DNA of 60,596 nt, taken from the NCBI GenBank assembly GCA_044236365.1, contig JBIIGQ010000001.1:1-60596 (forward strand), given 5' to 3'. This document shows, one piece after another, positions 10,220 through 18,907 of this stretch. The notes under the pieces are model-generated. The model had not been told where the DNA came from and searched no databases. It was given only the letters and a program-made list of their open reading frames with translations. The position numbers and the translations under genes were made by a program. Source of the stretch: Candidatus Limnocylindrus sp. Its GTDB lineage: Bacteria > Chloroflexota > Limnocylindria > Limnocylindrales > Limnocylindraceae. The first letter of the stretch is position 1. Each line of letters starts with the position of its first letter.

Positions 10220-10275
10220 CCGCCCGACCGCACCCTGCGGTGCGATCGGGCGGCTGTCGCGCAACGCTGCGCGAC
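10220..10275 (-). promoter_or_regulatory. pair of GC-rich intercistronic stem-loops between the small membrane gene and ecfA1
   Basis: Two hairpins on the mRNA strand. GTCGCGCA-GCGT-TGCGCGAC has an 8-bp stem. CCGCCCGATCGCACC-GCAG-GGTGCGGTCGGGCGG has a stem of about 15 bp. No U-tract follows, so this is not a canonical terminator. Confidence 0.4.
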
Positions 10276-10285
10276 GATGCAAAAC

Positions 10286-10504
10286 TCAGTCTTTCGCGCG
10301 AATGACTGCTACGCCCGCGCCGAGCGTAAAGAGGCCAGCCAACACATTCATTGCTGCAAGTGTTGGAAAGGCCTGGTCTGGGGCGTCAATTTTAATGCTG
10401 CCGACCGCGAACGGAAGAACTAGCACAAAAATGCCCATTGCCAAGACGCCAACCGCTGCGGCCTCTCGAGGCCCAACAGTTGCTGGGCCAGAATTCTTTG
10501 CCAT
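10286..10504 (-). CDS. small two-helix membrane protein encoded inside the ECF operon
   Basis: 72 aa with two hydrophobic helices. Strong RBS AAGGAGGA 5 nt upstream of the ATG, immediately after the S-component stop. Confidence 0.6.
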   Translation of the reverse strand: MAKNSGPATVGPREAAAVGVLAMGIFVLVLPFAVGSIKIDAPDQAFPTLAAMNVLAGLFTLGAGVAVIRAKD

Positions 10505-10515
10505 GATGATCCTCC

Positions 10516-11208
10516 TTAAGCGGCAGCGCCGGCTTGCTGAATTGCGATCAGCAAGAAGGCGATACCAACGGCGAGACCGATGAAGACGTACTTGAGCACG
10601 CCATTCTGGTCAGTCTTCGGGAGACCAACGCCAGCGGTGAGGCCGGACGGAAGCGCCTGAAGAATTGCCAAGCCAACGAACGTTGCGATGAGCTTGTCCG
10701 CGAACGAGCCTGGAAGGCCGCCGAGGAACGAAGCCTGAAGGGTGCCCAAGCCGGCAGCGCTAATCGCTGCGACGAGCGCATCCGACGAGTGCCCAGTGGC
10801 ACCACCGAAGACGAACGTAATGATCGGAGCGGCCATCGCCTGCACGGCGATTCCGCAAACTGCACCCACGACGATGAGGCCGGGGAGCGACTTGCCGAGA
10901 CCGAAGCTGCGAATGCCGTAGCCCCAAACGAGGGCACCGACGACGTTACAGAGTGCAAACGGAATACCGACAGGACCGTTAATCAACGAACCGGCGGTAT
11001 TCGTGATGATTCCGGTGAGGGCGCCCCACCATGGTCCGAGCGCGACGGCTACGACCATGGTCCCGATCATGTCGAGGAAGATCGGCACCTTCACGATTCC
11101 AATAATGAATCCGCCCACGATGTTGAGGGCCGCCATTACTGGCACGAGGACCGCAACATATGAGAGCGGAATTCGCTGCGCGCCACGCGCCGCTGCTGCT
11201 CCTGACAT
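10516..11208 (-). CDS. putative ECF transporter substrate-specific (S) component
   Basis: About 230-aa polytopic membrane protein, first gene of the ecfA-ecfA-ecfT operon. The ATG at 11208 is preceded by GGGAGGA. The ORF track extends the ORF to 11295. Substrate unknown. Confidence 0.65.
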   Translation of the reverse strand: MSGAAAARGAQRIPLSYVAVLVPVMAALNIVGGFIIGIVKVPIFLDMIGTMVVAVALGPWWGALTGIITNTAGSLINGPVGIPFALCNVVGALVWGYGIRSFGLGKSLPGLIVVGAVCGIAVQAMAAPIITFVFGGATGHSSDALVAAISAAGLGTLQASFLGGLPGSFADKLIATFVGLAILQALPSGLTAGVGLPKTDQNGVLKYVFIGLAVGIAFLLIAIQQAGAAA

Positions 11209-11316
11209 CTCTGTTCCTCCCTTTCGCCGGTCTCCAGCCTGGAAGCCGACCTGTTTTGCCTTGGGTGACAACGCCACCCTTGGCAGTACAACCAAACGGC
11301 AACCCGCCGTTCACGG
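11209..11316 (-). promoter_or_regulatory. structured 5' leader of the ECF operon (candidate riboswitch, class unassigned)
   Basis: About 105 nt between the putative -10 element and the RBS. Hairpins on the mRNA strand: AACGGC-GGGTT-GCCGTT, then UGCC-AA-GGGUG-GCGUUGU-CACCC-AA-GGCA followed by an AAACAGG tail, then a third stem just before the RBS. Confidence 0.35.
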
Positions 11317-11344
11317 GAGGTTATGCTCCCTTAACCTTTTGTCA
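11317..11344 (-). promoter_or_regulatory. putative sigma-70-type promoter for the ECF operon
   Basis: On the minus strand: TTGACA, 16-nt spacer, TAACCT. Confidence 0.4.
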
Positions 11345-11455
11345 AGCCCCTGATGCGTCAGGCGCACCAGCCTCTAGGGCTGGCGCGTGGAGGCTTCGGG
11401 GTATGGTCTCCCCCTACGGGATCACGGGCCAAGGGCCCATAACGAGGAGGCATCC

Positions 11456-12463
11456 ATGCGTGGGAAGTGGTGGTCGAACCCGATTCTGAGCTCCCTGACC
11501 CCAGTGGTTGAGGGTTCTGGGTTTGTTACAACGAACGAGGGGGAGGTTCGCCGGGTTGCCCAGTGGATGGCCGCCGAGGAGTTCCCCGACTTCCGCTCCC
11601 CAGCCCCAGCGGCGAAGAGCCCCTTTGACATTGGCACCGACCCCGACAAGAACACCGACCTGACGATGCTCATCACCATCCTGAACTTTGCCTTTACCGA
11701 CTTCGCCACCTCTAAGAAGTTCGAGGTGACGTACAACGGGGTCCGTTACTCGGACAGTGAGGCGATGTTCGCCTGCCTGCATAAGGCGATCCTGGCGGGG
11801 CAGCCGATCCTCACCGGGCAGTGGGCAGCCACTGTGACCCGGCGCGACCTTGAGGAGCTCTTCCGCGGCAACATTGAGATCCCGATGCTCGATGAGCGAG
11901 TTGCGGCACTCAACACGGTCGGCGCCACCCTCACCGAGAGGTACGACGGGAAGTGGCACCGATGGGTTGCTTCGTGTGCGCCCGCCCTCTATTCGGGTGG
12001 CGATGGTCTGCTGGAGCGACTCGTCACTGAGTTCCCGCGCTTTGACGATGTGAGTGATTGGAAGGGGCACAAGATCCAGATTCAGAAGCTCTCACAGCTC
12101 GGGCTCTGGGGGCTTCATCGCGGACTCGCTCCGCTCGGTCGCACCGTGCTGAAGGATCCCGAGATGTGCACGGCGTTTGCCGACTACATCGTGCCCGTCG
12201 CACTGCGCACCATGGGCATCTTTGAGTACGAGGCATCGCTAGAGAAGCGCATCATGGGTGGCGAACTTATTCCGCGCGATTCACTCGAAGAGATTGAGAT
12301 TCGCGCGCACAGCATCTACGCGACTGCGCTCCTCACCGACGAGGTCAATGCACGCCGGCCGGCCGATAAGCAGCTGCTGATTCCGGAGGTTGATTACCGA
12401 CTTTGGAAGACGTACCACGCGACGCACTATCCGCACCACCTCACGCGCACGATCATGTACTAA
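11456..12463 (+). CDS. queuosine salvage protein, Qng1/DUF2419 (Q_salvage) family
   Basis: Family-like motifs CTAFADYIVPVALR, EEIEIRAHSIYA, VDYRLW and C-terminal HHLTRTIMY. The ATG at 11456 has GAGGAGG 5 nt upstream. The ORF track starts at 11387. Confidence 0.8.
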   Translation: MRGKWWSNPILSSLTPVVEGSGFVTTNEGEVRRVAQWMAAEEFPDFRSPAPAAKSPFDIGTDPDKNTDLTMLITILNFAFTDFATSKKFEVTYNGVRYSDSEAMFACLHKAILAGQPILTGQWAATVTRRDLEELFRGNIEIPMLDERVAALNTVGATLTERYDGKWHRWVASCAPALYSGGDGLLERLVTEFPRFDDVSDWKGHKIQIQKLSQLGLWGLHRGLAPLGRTVLKDPEMCTAFADYIVPVALRTMGIFEYEASLEKRIMGGELIPRDSLEEIEIRAHSIYATALLTDEVNARRPADKQLLIPEVDYRLWKTYHATHYPHHLTRTIMY

Positions 12464-12465
12464 CT

Positions 12466-13695
12466 GTGAGTCAATCTCGCAGTAGCGTTCGGTCACGCAC
12501 GCTCCCCTTCGCCGATGTGCTGTCACGACCCGGTGCTGTAGTCACAACCATTGGCGGACTCATAGCGCGGTCGCCAGTCTCGATGGTGCCGATTGGCTTG
12601 ATTGCGATTGGAAGTGGTCCGTTTGGATCGTATGCGGTTGGTGGCGCAGCTGCGGGTGCCTTCTCTATTGCGAACGCTGTTGGCGCAACGTTGATTGGTC
12701 GCGCTGCAGACGAGCGCGGACATCGCCCTATGCTCCTGCGCACCTCCGTCGTAATGGTAGCCGGCGCCGTGCTGATCTCAGCGGTCGCGATCCTGTCTCC
12801 AAATGCGCTGCTTCTTATTGCCGCGTCGGCGCTCTTTGGTGCAGCCACTCCAGGGATGGGCTCCATCATTCGCGCTCGATGGACCTCTGTTGTACACACC
12901 GCGCCGCTTCGCATTCGCGCGATGGCGCTGGAGTCGGTGAATGATGAGGCGAACTTTTTAATCGGGCCGCCACTTGCCTCACTTCTCATCGTGCAAGGAT
13001 TTGTTTGGGGGCCCGTTGCAGCAGCAGCGCTCTTCTTCGTGATCGGGACGATCATGGTGATCTCTCAGCGATCATGGGAGCCAGCGCTACATGAGCGCGA
13101 CGCGGCAGGGATGCGCGGTGAGATTCGCGCTAACGGGCTGCTCATGCTGAGTGCAGCGGCGATCGGTGCGATTCTCGGCGCCAGCCAAGTGCTCCTCCTC
13201 GCATACTGCGCGGCGGTCGGTGCCGCTGCTGGCATCGCTCTTGCGCTCGGTCTCAACTCTGGGGCGAGTCTGGTGGGCGCGATCCTGATCGGCTCTAAAG
13301 CTGATTGGCGCTGGTCGGCGGAGCGGCGCTTCGCTGTGGCGGCAATCATTTTCGCGCTCGCCACGATTCCGACCTCTCTTGTTAGCGGCTATCTTCCGTA
13401 TTTGATCGCCACCACGATTGCCGGATTCGGCATCGCCCCGATGTTTATTCAGCAGAACGCAGTGATCGCAGAGCGTGCTGGTGGGGCGGCGCGAAGTGGT
13501 GCGTTTGCCCTCATCGGCGGAGGTGTCGTCTTTGGAATTTCAGCGGGCTCTGCAGCGGGTGGCGTTGCGATCGATGCCTTCGGAGCCTCCGAGGCGCGCC
13601 TGATCTTGATCCCGCTATCGCTCGTTATGGTGCTCCCGATCCTGCTCGGAGCTCAGCGCGCCGAGAAGCGTCCGACCCGCTCAGCAAAGCGCTGA
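12466..13695 (+). CDS. MFS transporter
   Basis: About 410 aa with roughly 12 hydrophobic helices. GTG at 12466 lies 2 nt after the Qng1-like stop. The ORF track start at 12403 would overlap that gene. Confidence 0.75.
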   Translation: MSQSRSSVRSRTLPFADVLSRPGAVVTTIGGLIARSPVSMVPIGLIAIGSGPFGSYAVGGAAAGAFSIANAVGATLIGRAADERGHRPMLLRTSVVMVAGAVLISAVAILSPNALLLIAASALFGAATPGMGSIIRARWTSVVHTAPLRIRAMALESVNDEANFLIGPPLASLLIVQGFVWGPVAAAALFFVIGTIMVISQRSWEPALHERDAAGMRGEIRANGLLMLSAAAIGAILGASQVLLLAYCAAVGAAAGIALALGLNSGASLVGAILIGSKADWRWSAERRFAVAAIIFALATIPTSLVSGYLPYLIATTIAGFGIAPMFIQQNAVIAERAGGAARSGAFALIGGGVVFGISAGSAAGGVAIDAFGASEARLILIPLSLVMVLPILLGAQRAEKRPTRSAKR

Positions 13696-14663
13696 AGAAA
13701 CGCCTCGCCGTCGCCCGCAATGGCGACGCGACTGTTCGCCGGGGTGTTCGTGCGCCCCCGCACATCCACAAGTAGATCGCCTTGGGTGATCCCCTCGCGC
13801 GTCTCAACGACGCTCGGCGCACTCACGATGGTCGCCAGCGCCGCATCGAGCGCCACAGCCACGGTGAAGGCATCGTGAATGTGCGACCCTTCGATCTTGT
13901 CGTACTGCAGGTGAAACTCGTCGTAGAAGCGCAGCGCCTCATCAATCAGGCGCAAGACTGGGTTGAGCGTGGCATCACCACGCTGTGCGCCAGCACGGCC
14001 TGCTACAGCAACGAGCGCCGCCCAGTGCGGTGGCCGAATGAGTGCCGACTCCGTGGCATCAAGCGGCAAGATCAGCGCTGGTCGGCCCGCGGCGGCGCAG
14101 GCGCGAATCACCTCGTCAAGCGCTTCAGGGTCACACCAGGCGTTCCACTCACTGCGCGCGCCAGTGTTCCCTGGCGTCGAGATCGCACCAGTCATCAACA
14201 CCACGTCGTGCACGAGTGCCGGAAGTTCAGCATCTAACCGGAAGGCGGCGGCAATGTTTGTTGCAGGGGCACAGCCGATGATCGTCACCGCTCCAGGGTG
14301 GCGCCGCACCTCGGCGACGATGCGCGCGGCGGCTGCGTTCGTGCCATCGGTGGCTGGCGTGCTGAGCGCGCGTGATGGCTCAGGTAGAACCGCGTAGCCG
14401 AGGCCTGTTGGTCCGTGTGTCTCTGGGGTTGTGACGAGCGCCTTAACGAGTGGTGTGCGAGCGCCAGCAATCACGTCAATGTGTGATGCACCAGCAACGT
14501 CAAGCACGCCGCGCGTGTTGCGCACCACAGCTTCAAGGTTGACATTCCCGGGCGCGCACGTTGCAACGAGCAGCTCAGCATCGGGCGATGCGAGTGTGTA
14601 GAGGAGCGCCATGGCATCGTCAATGCCCGTGTCGACATCAAGGATGAGTTTGCGCTGTGGCAT
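13653..14663 (-). CDS. nucleoside hydrolase (IunH/Rih family)
   Basis: 336 aa. N-terminal Asp cluster LILDVDTGIDDAMAL (DxDxxxDD fingerprint). Confidence 0.85.
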   Translation of the reverse strand: MPQRKLILDVDTGIDDAMALLYTLASPDAELLVATCAPGNVNLEAVVRNTRGVLDVAGASHIDVIAGARTPLVKALVTTPETHGPTGLGYAVLPEPSRALSTPATDGTNAAAARIVAEVRRHPGAVTIIGCAPATNIAAAFRLDAELPALVHDVVLMTGAISTPGNTGARSEWNAWCDPEALDEVIRACAAAGRPALILPLDATESALIRPPHWAALVAVAGRAGAQRGDATLNPVLRLIDEALRFYDEFHLQYDKIEGSHIHDAFTVAVALDAALATIVSAPSVVETREGITQGDLLVDVRGRTNTPANSRVAIAGDGEAFLQRFAERVGRFSAR

Positions 14664-14674
14664 GCGCGCGAGCG

Positions 14675-15463
14675 CTACTTGATGCGGCCGGCGGCGCGAT
14701 CCGCTGCGATGAGCTTGCGCAGACCTGCGATCGACGTGTCAATTACACGATCAATTGATGAGTCGGCGAGCTCTGCCTCTGTCATTGGCCGCTGGTCTGG
14801 GTTGCCGAGAATCAACATGGCGCCACCGGCGCGCACGCGCAGCGTTGCTGCAACGATGAAGAGCGTTGCCGCCTCCATCTCGGAGCAGATCGCGCCGCCC
14901 GCCATCCACGCTTTCCAGCGGCGCTGCAAATCATCGGCGATCGGCATGCGCTCTGGGTTGTGCTGACCGTAGAAAGAGTCCTTCGACTGGGCGATGCCGA
15001 CGTACCAAGGGAAGCCGCTCTCCTTCGCCGCCTCGCGCAACGCGAGCGTCACATCGAGGTCGGCAACGGATGGGAACTCCATCGGAAGATAGTGTCGGCT
15101 GGTGCCCTCGTCGCGAATGGCGCCGCTGATCACGCCGACCGAGCCCGGCTTGATGTGATGCTGCATAGAGCCCGACGTGCCGACGCGAATGAAGGTGTCG
15201 ACGCCAATGTCAGCGAGCTCTTCAACGGCGATCGCCGTGGAGGGGCAGCCGATGCCGGTGGAGGTGCAGGCAACAGGCACGCCGTCGAGTTCGCCCGTCC
15301 AGGTGGTGTATTCGCGGCGGCGCATCAGGAACTTCGGGTTGTCGAAACGGCTAGCGATCACCTCAACGCGATCTGGGTCGCCAGGGAGCAGCACGTAGCG
15401 GCCGACTTCGCCCTGCTTGATGCCGATATGGTGCTTGCGGCCGTCGTCCTCTCTTGCTGCCAT
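14675..15463 (-). CDS. udp: nucleoside (uridine) phosphorylase, PNP/UDP family, paralog 2
   Basis: 262 aa, colinear with and highly similar to 6810..7595. Shared blocks include GRYVLLPGDP, ELDGVPVACTSTGIGCPSTAIA and ISGAIRDEGTS. Confidence 0.85.
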   Translation of the reverse strand: MAAREDDGRKHHIGIKQGEVGRYVLLPGDPDRVEVIASRFDNPKFLMRRREYTTWTGELDGVPVACTSTGIGCPSTAIAVEELADIGVDTFIRVGTSGSMQHHIKPGSVGVISGAIRDEGTSRHYLPMEFPSVADLDVTLALREAAKESGFPWYVGIAQSKDSFYGQHNPERMPIADDLQRRWKAWMAGGAICSEMEAATLFIVAATLRVRAGGAMLILGNPDQRPMTEAELADSSIDRVIDTSIAGLRKLIAADRAAGRIK

Positions 15464-16398
15464 CAGTGTGCCCCTCCCACTAGATACGGTGCGGCGAGAT
15501 TTGCCGCCTCTTCCTTCGATAGGTAGCTGCTCTGGGTTCCTGGCTTCTGCACACTCTCTGAGGCACAGGCTACGGCAAGTTCTACCGCCCGAACAGGGGT
15601 GAGGCCACTGGCGAGACCGAACGAGAAGGCGCCGAGAAACGAGTCGCCCGCCCCGGTCGTGTCGACGACCGTCACCTTCGGCGCACTCACGCGCTGCAGG
15701 GGCTGCCCGCGCTCGGCGATCGCGGCGCCGTGACCACCAAGGGTCACCAACAGATTGACGCCGCTCTTCGCTGCAGCGGCAAGGATGCGCTCATCGGCAC
15801 CATCGCCAATTGCTGAACCACCAAAGAGTGTGGTGAATTCCATTTCGTTTGGTGCGAGCCAGTCAGAGACGGCGAGGAGCTCAGGGTCGATGGGCGCCGC
15901 TGGGGCCGGATTCAGCAGGGTGGTGATCCCTGCAGCACGTGCCGCGCGGAAGGCCGCGAGCGTCGTGGCCTGCGGAATCTCAAACTGGCCAACGACGATG
16001 GTTGGTTTGAAGTCGCGCACCGCCGCCTCGGCGACAGCAGGGTCGGTCTCGTTGTTAGCGCCGGGCACGATGATAATGCGGTTGATCCCGTTCGCGTCGA
16101 CCCAGATTGGCGCAACGCCGCTGGAGCCTGGAACGGTGCGCATCCAGCGCGTGTCGATCCCCTCTTTCACGAAGTTCGCCAGATGCGAGGCACCATACGC
16201 GTCGTCACCGACGGCGTTGACCATGGCGACGGGGGCACCGAAGCGTGCCGCCTGCACCGCCTGGTTCGCACCCTTACCGCCGAAGCCCATCTGGAAGCGA
16301 TCGCCCACCAGGGTCTCACCCGCATTAGGGATCACCTTGGCGTACGAGATCAGGTCCATCATGGTGCTGCCGACAACGAGAATCCGTGCTGTGCTCAC
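15463..16398 (-). CDS. rbsK: ribokinase (PfkB family)
   Basis: 311 aa with GFGGKGANQAV near the N-terminus and TTGAGDSFLGAF near the C-terminus. GTG start with AAAGGAG upstream. Confidence 0.9.
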   Translation of the reverse strand: MSTARILVVGSTMMDLISYAKVIPNAGETLVGDRFQMGFGGKGANQAVQAARFGAPVAMVNAVGDDAYGASHLANFVKEGIDTRWMRTVPGSSGVAPIWVDANGINRIIIVPGANNETDPAVAEAAVRDFKPTIVVGQFEIPQATTLAAFRAARAAGITTLLNPAPAAPIDPELLAVSDWLAPNEMEFTTLFGGSAIGDGADERILAAAAKSGVNLLVTLGGHGAAIAERGQPLQRVSAPKVTVVDTTGAGDSFLGAFSFGLASGLTPVRAVELAVACASESVQKPGTQSSYLSKEEAANLAAPYLVGGAH

Positions 16399-16537
16399 GT
16401 TCGACGCAACTCCTTTATGTCGGGCGGTGATGCCCGGTTCAGCCCACCGATCGGCGAGAGAAGGATGATGCCCCTAATTGCCCTTGAGCGCACGGTGTGA
16501 CTCGCGTGACGCACCGAGTGGGCGTGCCGCTCGGAAC

Positions 16538-17050
16538 CTAGCGCATGCGGATCTTCTGCTTTGCGATCTTCGGGGTGCCAGCTGGTAGTCGACGGTTCTC
16601 AAGCCAGACCACGATGCCATAGAGCTTGCACGCCACGCAGATACCGGTGATCGCGAGGAACGACTGCAGAGCAGCCACAATCACTACCAGCGCGACCGAT
16701 ACGACCTCTGCTGCGAAGAGCGCTTGCACGATCACGCCACCAAGAATCATCGTGCCGCCCATCACCTGCGCTAGCCGTAAGCCCGGAACGGGCTGAAGAT
16801 CGGCTGGCTTTGGTGCAGCGATGACGCCGCGCTCGCGCAGTATGCGGAACGGGAGACCGAGCAGGCTGACGCGCAGGCCGGTGGCGGCACTCAAGAGCAT
16901 GGCAAGGGAGATTGCCACGATCAACCCAACACCAATCTGCTGTGTAGTTGGTTGCTGGTAGAGATAGGTGGCGATAAGTAGCAGCACCACGCTCAGTGCT
17001 GCGCCGGAACGGAATCCTCGTGAGTCGGTCATCTGTGACATGTGTGGCAC
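16538..17050 (-). CDS. DUF4395-like membrane protein
   Basis: 170 aa with four hydrophobic helices and a C-terminal GICVACKLYG motif as in DUF4395. Family assignment is from memory. Confidence 0.55.
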   Translation of the reverse strand: MPHMSQMTDSRGFRSGAALSVVLLLIATYLYQQPTTQQIGVGLIVAISLAMLLSAATGLRVSLLGLPFRILRERGVIAAPKPADLQPVPGLRLAQVMGGTMILGGVIVQALFAAEVVSVALVVIVAALQSFLAITGICVACKLYGIVVWLENRRLPAGTPKIAKQKIRMR

Positions 17051-17238
17051 CTCAGGCTGAATTGATGTGGCGGCGCGTGATGCGCCGATGGAGCCTGATC
17101 GACCGGAGCGGGCGCTTAGCGGGCGAGCGGTCGCAGGCGGGGAACATGCGAGCGTTGACAGATCGACGGCTCACCTGCGACCGATGCAATTAGCTCTGCT
17201 GCACTCATGGCTGCCATCGTAGCGTGGTCGTTCCCGAC

Positions 17239-17625
17239 TTACTTACTGCTCAGGCTTGCAATAGCCTTCTGCGCGGTCTCAAGTCCGAGCAGTGCGCAAT
17301 GAATACGCGTGGGGCCAACCTCAACGCCAAGGAGCTCCATCACGAAGGGGCTGGTGAGCGCCAGGATCTCAGCGGCACTCTTGCCGCGCAGCTCGTCGGT
17401 AATGAGCGAGGTGCCAGCCTGTGAGATGGCGCACCCGCGGCCCATGAAGGCGACGTCGGTGATGATCCCCGCCTCATCGAGTTGCAACTGCAGATTGATG
17501 ACGTCGCCGCAGTTTGGGTTGCGCCCCTCAAGGCTGACGCTCGGCGCGGTGAGGGTTCCCTGGTTATGCGGACGACGATGATGCTCGAGGATCTGCTCGC
17601 GGTAGAGGTCGTCCATGCCGCCCAT
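17239..17625 (-). CDS. sufU: SUF-system Fe-S scaffold / sulfur acceptor SufU (NifU/IscU-like)
   Basis: 128 aa with three conserved Cys contexts: NPNCGD, GRGCAISQA and RIHCALL. Confidence 0.9.
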   Translation of the reverse strand: MGGMDDLYREQILEHHRRPHNQGTLTAPSVSLEGRNPNCGDVINLQLQLDEAGIITDVAFMGRGCAISQAGTSLITDELRGKSAAEILALTSPFVMELLGVEVGPTRIHCALLGLETAQKAIASLSSK

Positions 17626-17628
17626 TGA

Positions 17629-18885
17629 TCAGCCCTCAAAGACCGTGCGGGCCTCGCGTAGGCCGACAAAGAGTGCGTCGAGGTCTTCATGTGTGGTGTA
17701 TGGGGCAACGCTCACGCGCGCCGATGAGCTGAGTTCGAGCTGCTCGTGGAGCGGCTGCGCGCAGTGGAAGCCGGCGCGAATAGCCACGCCGCGGCGGTCG
17801 AGGATCTCGGCCAGGTCGTGGGCATGAATGAGTTCGCTCGAGAAGGCCACCACGCCAGCGCGCTGGGTGCGGTCGCGTGGGCCAAGGATCCGAGCGTCAG
17901 GGAGCACCTCGGGGAGCTCGCGAATCACCCGCTCGATCATGAGCGCCTCGTGGGCGTGGATCTGCTCTCGGCCGAACTCGTCAAGTAGATCGCACGCGGC
18001 GGCGAGGGCCACGGCGCCCGAAGCGTCGGGGGTACCAGCCTCAAATCGCTGCGTTCCGGTCGTGAAGTCGGCATCGCGAAGGCGCACGCTGTGGATCATG
18101 TCGCCGCCCGTCTCAATCGGCGCCATCGCGTCAAGTAGATCTGCGCGGGCCCAGAGCCCGCCGCCAGCGAAAAGACCGCCCATCTTGTGCGCGCTGAAGG
18201 CGTAGAAGTCGGCACCAGTATCGGGAATAGAGACGGGCATGTTGGCGACCGCCTGGCAGCCGTCTACGGTAACGAGTGCGCCAACGGCGTGCGCGGCGGC
18301 AGTGATCTCTTTCAGCGGCGCAATGGAGCCGAGTACGTTGGAGACGTGCGCGATCGCGACCATCTTCGGCTTCAGCTTCATGAGGGTGTCGAGTCGATCC
18401 CAGAGAATCTCGCCCGTCACATCATCAACCGGAATGAACTCAAGATCGGCATCCATCTCGCGCGTAATCTGCTGCCACGGAATCAAGTTGGCGTGATGCT
18501 CCGCCTCGGTGACGAGCACCACATCGCCGCGTCGAAGGTTCGCCTTACCCCACGATCGCGCCACCAAGTTCAGCGCTTCGGTGGCGCTGCCGAGCATGAC
18601 GAGTTCGGCTGCAGGAACGTTCAGATACGTAGCGATGCGTGCGCGCGCCGCCTCATAGCCATCGGTGGCCATCTGCGCCAGTGTGTACGCGCCGCGATGT
18701 GGGTTCGCATTCGCGGTGAAGAGGAACTTCGACACCGCATCCACTACGCGCTGTGGGCGCTGTGCCGTTGCGGCGCTATCGAGGTAGTGCAGCGGCCGAC
18801 CACCCGGTTGCGTCTTGAAGATTGGATATTCGGCGCGAACCTTTACGGGATCGAGTGTGCCGTCAGCGTTATGCCAGGCGCCCAT
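17629..18885 (-). CDS. sufS: cysteine desulfurase SufS (class V aminotransferase)
   Basis: PLP-Lys context FSAHKMGG and active-site loop RAGFHCAQPL. The internal Met at 18885 avoids overlap with sufC. The ORF track extends the ORF to 19020. Confidence 0.9.
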   Translation of the reverse strand: MGAWHNADGTLDPVKVRAEYPIFKTQPGGRPLHYLDSAATAQRPQRVVDAVSKFLFTANANPHRGAYTLAQMATDGYEAARARIATYLNVPAAELVMLGSATEALNLVARSWGKANLRRGDVVLVTEAEHHANLIPWQQITREMDADLEFIPVDDVTGEILWDRLDTLMKLKPKMVAIAHVSNVLGSIAPLKEITAAAHAVGALVTVDGCQAVANMPVSIPDTGADFYAFSAHKMGGLFAGGGLWARADLLDAMAPIETGGDMIHSVRLRDADFTTGTQRFEAGTPDASGAVALAAACDLLDEFGREQIHAHEALMIERVIRELPEVLPDARILGPRDRTQRAGVVAFSSELIHAHDLAEILDRRGVAIRAGFHCAQPLHEQLELSSSARVSVAPYTTHEDLDALFVGLREARTVFEG

Positions 18886-18907
18886 CTCTCGAACCAATCT
18901 CTCCGCG

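Noticed and set aside
11256-11284. Assignment of the ECF leader hairpin to the preQ1-I riboswitch class
   Set aside because: The tail (CAAAACAGG) and the genomic context are suggestive. However, the 7-nt loop seems too short to supply L1, the P2 strand and L2 of the canonical H-type pseudoknot. It is kept only as an unclassified candidate pending a covariance-model search.
17051-17238. 34-aa minus-strand ORF (MAAMSAAELIASVAGEPSICQRSHVPRLRPLAR) in the gap between sufU and the DUF4395 gene
   Set aside because: No convincing RBS, no recognisable motif, and too short to separate from chance in GC-rich DNA. The gap more likely holds the DUF4395 promoter.
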